Shown piece by piece: positions 1 through 9,438 of a stretch of 53,796 bases of DNA. This stretch comes from Dimorphilus gyrociliatus (Eukaryota; Animalia; Annelida), in contig CAJFCJ010000112.1 of NCBI GenBank assembly GCA_904063045.1, forward strand, positions 17,203 to 70,998, given 5' to 3'. Each line of letters begins with the position of its first letter. The first letter of the stretch is position 1. A program made the translations under genes and the position numbers. The notes under the pieces were generated by a model. It did no database searches. It was given only the letters and a program-made list of their open reading frames with translations, and had not been told where the DNA came from.

Positions 1-1145
1 AAAGCTTTTTAACTAGATTTTTGATGCAAAATATTACATTTAATATATTTTCTTTAATAACAAATTATTTCAATATTTGCTATAAACAAAATTTCAGCCA
101 TTTTGAATATTTGGAAAGGACAGTGATTTTTTAATAATCAAGTGAATTTGTTCTGTTGAAACAACATGGTTTAAAGTGCAACAATTGTGATTCAAAATTT
201 ATGGAAGGCAAAAATATTTGAAATGCTGCCTTTGTGAGAATCTTATCATAGAAAATGTTCAGGTAATCAGTTTTCAATTATGATTTAGGCAACTATCTTT
301 TCTTAACACATTGACACAGAAACACCTAGCATACCTGTTTGCACAGATGTAACAAAAGAAAATGTACTGTTAGCCTTAAGAAGTTAACAAATCTGGAAAT
401 TGATCAATACAAAGAAAGTAATAAGGACTTCAATGATAACAGAAGTGATCCTGCTGAGGTTAAAGATTCAACATTTGATTATGAAAGTCTCGGCAATCAG
501 AAAACCATCAATGGATGTAGAAGGAACTGATGAAAATACAGAAGATGAAAATGACTCAATCAGGAGGAATGATTTTGAGATTGTACAAGGAGAAGCAGAA
601 AAGGACATGACATTTTATGAATGATGGATATTCTTTTGTTGTTAAACATAAAACACTTACAACAACAATTTGGTATGCAGTGTGAGAAGTAAGAAAAAAA
701 GATGTGTAGCTAGAATAAGACAAATGGAAGTATATTTATTAAAGGCAATCTGGAACATAATCACAACAGAAAACCTAATTTGGAAGTAGATGTTAAAGTA
801 AAAACTGATGTAAAAACTATTTGCAAAAGTGATAACAAAGCATCTGGAAGAAGCATTGCTGAAAAATTTCTATTATCATATGAACCTAATGCTAAATGTC
901 TTCCTGATATCAATTACTTAAAAAGGATGGCAAACTCAAACAGACAAAAATTCAGGCCAGTTGAACCAAAAGTGTATAATTTCAACTTGAACACACTTTT
1001 TTACCTGATGAATTTCTCCAGAAAGACATTTGTGAAAATGGAGAAAGAATCTTAATTTTTGCAACAAACCATCAGCTGAACTTATTATCCAAATCCAACT
1101 ACTGGTATATTGATGGTACTTTCCAAATTGTTAAGGATCCATTCT
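1..1145 (+). mobile_element. Degenerate FLYWCH-MULE (Mutator) transposase fragment, diverged paralog of the 6731-9438 element
   Basis: ORF pieces (CNKRKCTVSLKKLTNLE; DFEIVQG; SGRSIAEKFLLSYEPNAKCLPDINYLKRMANSNRQ; ...WYIDGTFQIVKDPF) align with the intact transposase but are frameshifted. Homology stops at ~1145, just after the first catalytic D; the left end runs off the window. Confidence 0.9.
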
Positions 1146-1409
1146 GGTTACTTTTCAATTTTGATGGCTATTCTACCTTCCAAATCAATGTATTGTGGCT
1201 TCATTTGAATTGTTGAATTCAATTTTTCAGGTGTATCAAAGTTGTTACATCTGTTCCAATACCATATTGTGAACACTCACTGTTTGTTTGTTTTAATTAA
1301 TTCATTATGGGTGTGTTATTATGGTTGTATTTAAATATACTTTGTGAATAAAATTGTAATTATTTTATCATATTATTAGTTGATTCTTTTAGATTTAGAT
1401 ATATAAAAC

Positions 1410-1625
1410 TAGGTCATCATCCATTGATTGGAAGAGTTTTGTCTTAAAAAATACTTTTATATATGCCCCATATTGGCTTCAATAATGTTGAAGTCTGGGC
1501 AGTTAGCTGGCCATGAATGCAATGTTTCAACTTTCTTTCTCTTTAGGTATTCCTTTGCTCTGGCTGCTGTATGACAGCTGGGCCCATCGTGTTGGAAAAT
1601 TTTCCCTCTATAATAATTGAATGCA
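1410..1625 (-). mobile_element. Tc1-like transposase 3' relic (DD35E spacing)
   Basis: FQHDGPSCHTAARAKEYLKRKKVETLHSWPANCPDFNIIE matches the Tc1 QDxAxxH...WPxxSPDLNPIE motif; 35 residues between D and E by hand count. Confidence 0.85.
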
Positions 1626-1627
1626 AA

Positions 1628-2079
1628 TATAGGCAAAAAGTGCCCAGCCACCTTGTAAAATTTTTTGTTTTGATATTAAGCTATGCTGAATAGCTACTTT
1701 GAATTGGTAATAATAATGATTAATATGTATAAACTAATGTCCTTTACGAAAAATGATCAAAAAATTGTTTTTCTTTTATAAAATCCTGTTTTAGTAAATA
1801 CATCTCGAAAAAAGGGGTTAGTTAAAAATGAGTCACCATCTATTTAATCAAAAAAAGGGGGTTAAGCTGCATAAATCAAATAGGAAAGTATTTTATTATA
1901 ATTATATCTTTGGTTTTTCAAAAAAATAATGGTCATTGATAAAAAATTTGTTATTTGGTTGTTGAAAAATGCCAAGAAGGGCTATCATTGAACAAAATTA
2001 CCAAAATGTTTACAATTTCTAGCTTCAGTGCCCAATATATCTGGAAAATGTTTCAATTGCATCATACAATTGAAGATTT
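1628..2079 (+). mobile_element. 5' fragment (left TIR + N-terminal HTH) of the Tc1 family seen at 26669-28295
   Basis: TATAGGCAAAAAGTGCCCAGCCACC... matches the TIR at 26669. VVEKCQEGLSLNKITKMFTISSFSAQYIWKMFQLHHTIEDL matches VVEKHQEGLSLNKIAKMLKISRFSAQNIWKKFQLHCTIEDL. A 1-nt deletion puts the native ATG (1929) out of frame. Confidence 0.9.
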
Positions 2080-3208
2080 GAAAGTTGGCCTATCATTAAT
2101 TTTTAAACAACTACTCATTTCATCAAATTCATTACAAAAGATCAATTTATGTTATTGTGATTTAGGCAAGAACAACTGTGAAACTCTATCAAATCTGCTT
2201 TCAAACTGTTCAAAAATTGAAAAAGTTAATTTAAGTTGGAATCCAAATGTTGAACACTTTTTACCTAAAATTTGCCAAGCACTTTTAATATCGTCAATTG
2301 GACTCAAAGCTATAAACTTTTGCAATTGTAATTTGGATGGGAATAGTATTAAGAATGTTGCAGATTTATTAAAGAAATGTTGTTCTTTACAAAAAGTTGA
2401 CTTTTCATTGAATAAAGATTTAAAAGACAGCTTGCCTACTATTTTGGATGGACTCTACAATTGTTGTAATACTCTAGCAGAAATTTATTTAAAAAGTTGT
2501 CTTTTAAATGGAAGTATGGCCAGAGAAATTGGTAATTTTTTAAATAACTGCCATAAAATTGAAAAGATCAATTTATCATTTAATGACAATATGGAAAATG
2601 GATTTTTTTATATATGTAAACATCTACACAACTCTTCAAATACTCTAAAAGAAAATACAACAATATCAGAACAAATATTAAGGAATATTGCTGACACATT
2701 AAAATCAGTGAAACAGCTGATAAAGATTGATTTCAAAGGCTGCAATTTAGAAGAGGAACAATGTAGAAAGATTGGAAAGCTTTTCTAAAGTTGCTCTAAA
2801 ATAGACACAATCAACTTGGCATGGAATGTTCAGATGGGAGAAGGATTATTTAACATTTGTAAAGGACTCATCCAATCGTCAAGCTGTTTAAAAGAGATAA
2901 ATTTCGGCTGTTGTAATTTAAACAATGGGCAATGTAGACATATTGGAAACCTTTTTAAAGAATGCGCCAAGCTAGAGACAATCTACCTGACAGGAAATCA
3001 TACAACAGGCAATGGACTATTCTATATTTGTGCACAACTTCTTCATTTGTCAAATACTTTAAAATGCCTCAACTTTACAGAATGTAATTTGAGCGAAGAC
3101 CAGTCTAAAATAATAATTAACTTGTTTAAACACTGTTCAAAACTTAAAAGAATTTCTCTGGAACGGATATGGCATTGCGGAAGTGATCTTTTTGAACTAA
3201 GCAAATAG
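1955..3208 (+). pseudogene. RI-type LRR gene fragment fused in frame to a Tc1 HTH; one in-frame TAA at 2786-2788
   Basis: Alternating LxxINLxxCxL / IEKVNLSWN repeats from 2080. ORFs 1955-2788 and 2816-3208 are in the same frame, separated only by a single stop (LF*SCSKIDTINLAWN). Confidence 0.8.
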
Positions 3209-3262
3209 GTTGTTTAATTACACTGCTCTTAAATATTTTAATTATTCTTCTAATATTCCTGG

Positions 3263-3500
3263 TGATTGTTTAAAATAGTTTAGAACTAGAAACTCATTTA
3301 CTCAATAGATATTCTTTAAACAAAATACTGGCATTTTGTTGATTAATTTCTACTGAAATTACATTTCTTAAGACTACTTGTGGACGAATTTGAAAGGTTC
3401 TATTTGTGTGAGTACTTGGTGCATTGATAAATGATTGGAAAGGACGAATACTGTTCTGAAGAAGGAGAAATTCCTACAATTACAATACAACAAAGTACAA
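3263..3500 (+). repeat. Dispersed host repeat R (copy 1)
   Basis: AGAACTAGAAACTCATTTACTCAATA...GGTTCTATTTGTGTGAGTACTT recurs at 5740 (+), 35095-35385 (+), 4381-4591 (-) and 13588-13740 (-). Confidence 0.85.
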
Positions 3501-4380
3501 TTTTGTTCAATAATTTATGAAATTGATATCAATCATCCAAGGAGTTACATTATAGAGGGGAGTAGGAATCTTGTCAAAATTTTCTTTTTAGCATCTTTTG
3601 ATAAATATTGAATTCATAATATTCAAAAAACACTATTTGAAAACAGACCTAATCCTCAGTCTAGGCCTAGCATACTCTAAAAGTAATCAAAGTGCTAATT
3701 TTCCAAAATCACTAGAAATATTGTTCCTACCCCTGCAACGAGTCACATGTGATAAGGAGAAGTGGAAAATGAAGAAAACTGAAAGTGAGAAAATGTTTTA
3801 AAAAGATATTTTGTGTGCAGTTTTTATTGAATCTAAACAATTTATGCTGTATATATAAGAGAGAGGTTGAAATGTGAACAGAGAGTGACAAGCATCTCTC
3901 ACAAAATAATAAAAACAAACAGAAAAATACTTTTACAATAGATTTAAGTGTTTTAAAAAGTAAGAAAACTACTTTTTTATACTAACTGCCAAGCTACAAC
4001 TTTTTCAACAGCTATACATGATTGTTACAATTGTGCTATTGCAATACCATTAGACTGTAAAATAGAAATGGATATCTAAAGTCCAAGTATTGATAATTCA
4101 CTATATCTAAGTGCACAAAAATTCTAAAAATATGTTTGTTAAAAGGCTGCGTTGGTCTTTAAAATGGTGGAAAATGCCAAATTATTAAAAATTCCATTGT
4201 TTAGTGGTAATAATTGAATAATGAATTACAGAGCAATCGAACAATTTCTGTCATTATTGAAAAGTTTTTATACACATTTAAATTGCCTCATGAATTAAAT
4301 TATTAATTCAAAATGTAAATTAATCAATGAAAACATATCAAAAATCCTTTAGAATATTGGTTCAGTTATAAACATCACTG

Positions 4381-4591
4381 GTTGTACTTTGTTGTTTTGA
4401 AATTGGAGGAATTTCTGGTTTCTTACAACTGTAAGCATTCTTTCCAATCATTTGCCAATTTGCCAAAGTACTCACACAAATAGAACCTTTAGAATTCGTC
4501 CACAAATAGTCTTAGCAAATGTAATTTTGGTAGAAATTAATCAGCAAAACACAAGTATTTCATTTAAAGAATATGTATTGAGTAAAATGAG
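4381..4591 (-). repeat. Dispersed host repeat R (copy 2, inverted; left flank of the GT4 gene)
   Basis: Reverse complement of 3283-3500 and 35172-35385; truncated at ...GAGTAAAATGAG, 15 nt from the GT4 stop codon. Confidence 0.85.
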
Positions 4592-4606
4592 CAATTACCT
4601 ACAGTA

Positions 4607-5737
4607 TTACATACATAAAATTTCTTTATATAATGTTTCTACAGCTTTGATTGAATGTTCTAATGAGAAACCCTTTACTGCATATTCAGCACAGTAGGCA
4701 CGTCTAGCTGCTTTATTGCTGTGTTTAAGTTCTTCCATAATGGCATCAGCCAGTTCTAAATCATCTTCTACTTGAACCAGACGACCTACTTTGCTATCAA
4801 TAAAATCTGGTAAACCACCTTGGTTAGTACCCACTACAGGTGTGCCACAAGCAAGGGCTTCAATTGCTACTAGACCAAATGGTTCTGTACGAGAAGGCAC
4901 AACACTTACATCTGCAATATTGTACATTTTAACTAATGTCTCTTGATTAACGTGACCTAAGAAGTATACATGTTCAAGGTCTAAATCTTCTTTCATACGC
5001 TTTAACACACCATAGAGTTCACCATTACCTGCAATAATTGTCATTACTTTACCACAGGTTGATTTTTCGTAACGTTTTGCTGCTTTTAGCAATACATCCA
5101 CACCTTTAAAGTGTGTTAATTTTCCTGCAAAAGCTACGATACAATCTGTTTTGACTGTAACATCAAATTCATTTAAAACAGTTTCTTTACTTAAGTCCAG
5201 AGGATGGAATAAGGATTCATCATAACCATTTAATAAAATCATACGTTTATTGCTCGGCACTTTATACAGTTGTGCTGTTTCAGCATCTACTTGTTTAGAG
5301 ATGGTAATAATCATCTTAGCATTAGCCACCCCTTCTATAGCAAAACTATGGTATCTGTCATCTTTTACAAAGCCTTTTAAATCCGTACCATGGGCAGTAA
5401 TAACATATGGCACACCTGTTAACATAGCAGCATAAGGTGTAATCCATAAATGCTGTGCATGGATAATATCTGGTTTAAAAGTATCTACTTCCTCTTGAAC
5501 CACTTCTATATATTTATCCATGTAAGTCTTCATTTGATCATCTGATAATTCATAATAAGTTGTATTACTTCTTGGATGGGTTGTAAAACATGGAAAATTG
5601 AAATCCACTTCAGGCTTTACTGTATTTGGTCCCTTAAACTTAATGACTCTTGATTCAAATCCTTTATATGTCTTGTCTTCGTGTTCTGGATAAATGATTT
5701 TAACCTTATGGCCAAAACTTACTAAAGCCTTTGCCAA
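4607..5737 (-). CDS. Bacterial-type GT4 (GT-B fold) glycosyltransferase, intronless, 5'-truncated
   Basis: 376-codon open frame with FKPDIIHAQHLW, TAHGTD, FAGKLTHFKGVDVLL and the GT4 E-x7-E motif PSRTEPFGLVAIEALACGTPVV. No ATG at the start (begins TTG in LAKALVSFGHKV), so the first beta-strand is missing. Visibly less AT-rich than its flanks. Confidence 0.9.
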   Translation of the reverse strand: MAKALVSFGHKVKIIYPEHEDKTYKGFESRVIKFKGPNTVKPEVDFNFPCFTTHPRSNTTYYELSDDQMKTYMDKYIEVVQEEVDTFKPDIIHAQHLWITPYAAMLTGVPYVITAHGTDLKGFVKDDRYHSFAIEGVANAKMIITISKQVDAETAQLYKVPSNKRMILLNGYDESLFHPLDLSKETVLNEFDVTVKTDCIVAFAGKLTHFKGVDVLLKAAKRYEKSTCGKVMTIIAGNGELYGVLKRMKEDLDLEHVYFLGHVNQETLVKMYNIADVSVVPSRTEPFGLVAIEALACGTPVVGTNQGGLPDFIDSKVGRLVQVEDDLELADAIMEELKHSNKAARRAYCAEYAVKGFSLEHSIKAVETLYKEILCM

Positions 5738-5739
5738 AC

Positions 5740-5850
5740 AACTGGTTGTTTAAACTTACTTGTTAAGAACTAGAAACTCATTTACTCAATACATATTCTT
5801 TGGATGAAATACTGGTATTTTGTTCAATTATTTCTACTGAAATTACATTT
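5740..5850 (+). repeat. Dispersed host repeat R (copy 3; right flank of the GT4 gene)
   Basis: AACTGGTTGTTTAAACTTACTTGTTAAGAACTAGAAACTCATTTACTC is near-identical to 35143-35190. It abuts the truncated GT4 5' end on one side and a MULE 3' fragment on the other. Confidence 0.85.
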
Positions 5851-6168
5851 TATGAGAAATTACTGTCAGAAAAAAGGATTTACAAACATCAAAAGAAAAA
5901 GTATATTGGAATCCAAAAGAAAATTTTTGATTTATGGGATGATTTCAACTTGAACAAATTAACATCAACTGATCTATTAATGCAGACATCCCATATCTAC
6001 TCTCCAGCATAAATATCATTTGTCAAGCTTTATTCTTTTTTAATATAATATTTAGTCTTTTAAATACATACTTTTAGATTTATAGCTAAATCTTTTATTC
6101 AAAAATTCAAAAAAAACACGTATAAAAATAGGGTGTGAATGTACCCTGGTGCGAATGTACCCCAACTC
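5851..6168 (+). mobile_element. 3' end of the MULE family (last codons, stop and shortened TIR)
   Basis: YEKLLSEKRIYKHQKKKY...SHIYSPA* plus 3' UTR and TIR ending CCCAACTC, near-identical to the reverse complement of 6731-7110. Confidence 0.9.
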
Positions 6169-6730
6169 TATTATAACATTTATATCTGATACAAAGTCTG
6201 AGACTTTTGTGAAAACTTTCCATGAAGCTTTTTCAATGTATTTGATGATTTTTAAACTGCAAAATTTGGAAAAAGAGCAAAAACTTTTCCAACAATCATT
6301 ATAGGGAGATATTGATGTAAAAATATTGCTGTTTTATTATACCTCAAAACACAAAAAGCTACACAATAATGAATACCAAAATTTTCCTCACATTAATTTA
6401 ATCTTTAGGATGTTATTAGCAATAATTTTTTCATTTCTTAATGGTTAATATAAAAGACAAACAGACATGAAAAATTACCCTTTAAAAGTTTAAAACAATA
6501 TCATCTAATGTGAAAAAAAGACAAACTAAAATTTTACACCTTTTAAAAATTAATCTTTATCAGTGATAAAAAATTTCTAAAAAGCTATCTGATCTTGTTT
6601 TCTTCATCTACATTTAAATTACAAGACACCAAAAGAAGATATTTCATTATCTTTGAAGATTTTTGAAGATCTTCAAAAATAGTAAATAATACATTTCTCA
6701 TTTTAATATTATTACTCAATTATAATTTCA

Positions 6731-9438
6731 GAGTTGGGGTGCGAACGTACCTGGGTGTGAACGTACCCGGGTGCGAACGTACCCTGGGCGGGTGCGAACG
6801 TACCTGGGTACGTTCGCACCCTATTTTTATATTTATTTTATTTTTGAATTTTTGAATAAAAGATTTAGCTATAAATCTAAAAGTATGTATTTAAAAGACT
6901 AAATATTATACTAAAAAACAATAAAGCTTGACAAATGATATTTATGCTGGAGAGTAGATATGGGATGTCTGCATTAATAGATCAATTGATGTCAATTTGT
7001 TCAACTTGAAATCATCCCATAAATCAAAAATTTTCTTTTGGATGTCAATATACTTTTTCTTTTGATGTTTGTAAATCCTTTTTTCTGACAGTAATTTCTC
7101 ATAAACTGCAATCAACTCAGACTCTTTTTTTAGCTCATCAACCAGCATGTAAAAAGAACCTTTAGCAGGCAGCTTACTATTCATTCTTTGATGCCATCCT
7201 TCACAATCATTATTGGTCCTAATAGACAAACCAAAAACTGACCAGTTATTTGGTTTCCATAATTTATTTTTGATCCAGTTTGTTTGGAAGTATTGCAGCA
7301 GGTCCAAAAATCTATTTTTTTCACAAAGTTCTGCATTTATGCTGTCAAATGTTGGTTGAATAATATGTGCTGGCAAGAATGGCAGAGCCATCAATTTTCT
7401 GAAATCTTTCCAATCATTTCCTTTTTCTTTGTATTTCTTTACATAGCCAAGAGCCTATTCAATAATATAAGTTATTTAATAGATAATGTTATATATATTT
7501 GAATGTAACTGACTTGTATTTTCCTGTATACTGCTTGTGTGAAATGAAATACACAACCTTGAAATTCAGTGAGGGGATATACTTTTGATAATGCTTTCCA
7601 TAGTCCTTTTTCAAAATCCATTGTAATTCTTTTTGGATGAAAATCATTGATAAGATTGTTGATATGCTACAAAAAGCAACTTTATTTATCATCACTTTTG
7701 AAGAGATAATATGAAATATTTACTTGAAATGCTTGTAAGTATGCTTTGGTATGCTTTGAAGTCAGAAAAATAAAAACAAGAGGAACTTGCTTCATATCAC
7801 CACTCTTCTTAACAAATGAGTGAATAGTGACAAGTTGATAAAATGGTTCTTTTACAATCTTGAAAGTACCATCAATGTACCAACAGTTGGATTTTGATAA
7901 TAAATTCAGCTGATGGTTTGTTGCAAAGATTAAAATTCTTTCTCCATTTTCACAAATATCTTTCTGCAAAAATTCATCAGGCAAAAATGTTTCATCTAAA
8001 TTAAAGTTGTACACTTTAGGTTCCACTGGCCTAAACTTTTGTCTATTTGAGTTTGCCATTCTCTTCAAATAGTTGATATCAGGAAGACAAGTTGCATTGG
8101 GTTCATAGGATAGAAGAACTTTTTCAGCAATGCTTCTTCCAGATGTTTGATTATCACTTCTGCAAACAATTTTCAAATCTGTTTTCACTTTAATATCCAC
8201 TTCTAAATTCTTTTTTCTGTTGTGATTATGTTCCAAATTGCCTTTGAGAAATAAATTTCCATTTTGTCTTATTCTGGCCACACATCTTTTCTTCTTACTT
8301 CTCACACTGCACACCCAAATAGTACTTGATGGTGTTTTATGTTTAACAACAAAAGAATATCCATCATTCAGTAAAATGTCATGTCCCTTTCTACTTCCTC
8401 CTTTTACAATCTCAAAATCACTTTTTGTGGATGATTCACAATATTCTTCAGCATTCTCTTCAACTTCCTCCAAAGAGTCTAGGTCCATTGATTGGCATTC
8501 TGAAAGAACATGATTTTCATCCTCCAATATTGATTCCTCAACTGCAGCAATCTTATTTCTTTCATCAATAAAGCTTTCTTCAGAATTTACTTTGAATTGA
8601 TGAATTTCCAGATTAGTTAACTTCTTGAGCATGACAGTACATTTTCTTTTGTTACAAGGTTTGCAAATTGGTATGTTATGTGTTTCTATAAGAATATGTT
8701 AAAAAATATAATTACATGAAAGCTGATTAAAGAGTTACATACCTGTGCATTTCCTATGAATAAGATTCTTACAAAGGCTGCATTTCAAATATTTTTGCCT
8801 TCCATAAATTGTTGAATGACAATTGTGACATTTGAAAGCCATTTTTTAATCTTCAATCAAACGTAGATGGTTATCTAAAAATATTTCCAGTTATCAATAA
8901 ATTTCCTTTCCAAATATTCAAAATGGCTGAAATTTTATTTATGAAAAATATTCAGCTTTTTCACAATTGAAGATAGTATATTACATCAAAATATCATGAA
9001 TCAACAATCTCAATGATTAGATATAAATACTCACTTCTGTTGAAGCTTCCAAGAAGAACTTTGTCCAAATTTATTCAGTAAATATAGCTTTACTTTTGCA
9101 AGGATAAATATTCCAAGTGAAAGTTTATTTAATAAAACTATCACTATTAAAATGGCTGCTATTTCACTTTCAACAACATTTTCTTTTAAAGTAGTAATTT
9201 AATATTGATGGGATATGTATTCTATTTAATATCTGCATTCTATCAAATCAATATATTAACAAATATATAATGAAGGAACAGAAGGAAAAAAGGGTGTCAA
9301 TGTACATGTTTATTCAAAAATTCAAAAATAAAATAAATATAAAAATAGGGTGCGAACGTACCCAGGTACGTTCGCACCCGCCCAGGGTACGTTCGCACCC
9401 GGGTACGTTCGCACCCAGGTACGTTCACACCCGACTCC
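6731..9438 (-). mobile_element. Apparently intact autonomous Mutator/MULE (Phantom-like) DNA transposon
   Basis: ~130-bp TIRs built from tandem GGGTGCGAACGTACC units (6731-~6860, ~9310-9437) with GAG...CTC termini. Flanking duplication ATAATTTCA at 6722-6730 and 9439-9447 (9 bp plus one extra C, or 10 bp with one mismatch). Full transposase inside. Confidence 0.93.
6942..8842 (-). CDS. MULE transposase, 4 exons, ~575 aa: PHD-like finger, FLYWCH, DDE domain
   Basis: Hand-built exons 8842-8743, 8685-7724, 7666-7514 and 7454-6942 (GT-AG introns of 57, 57 and 59 nt) keep frame. Motifs: WYIDGTFK (D), ITMDFEKG (D), GCVFHFTQ (CxxH), RTNNDCEGWH (E), FLYWCH WVCSVRSKKKRC...HNH. Confidence 0.9.

Noticed and set aside
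6731-6820. GC-rich short repeats and palindromes (GGGTGCGAACGTACC) suggesting a CRISPR array
   Set aside because: No unique spacers; they are the mirrored TIR subrepeats of a MULE in a eukaryotic context.
6942-8842. RAG-like domesticated recombinase for the LRR arrays
   Set aside because: The gene lies within intact TIRs with a TSD and has near-identical mobile copies, and no signal sequences flank individual LRR units. It behaves as an ordinary active transposon; only an indirect role is proposed.
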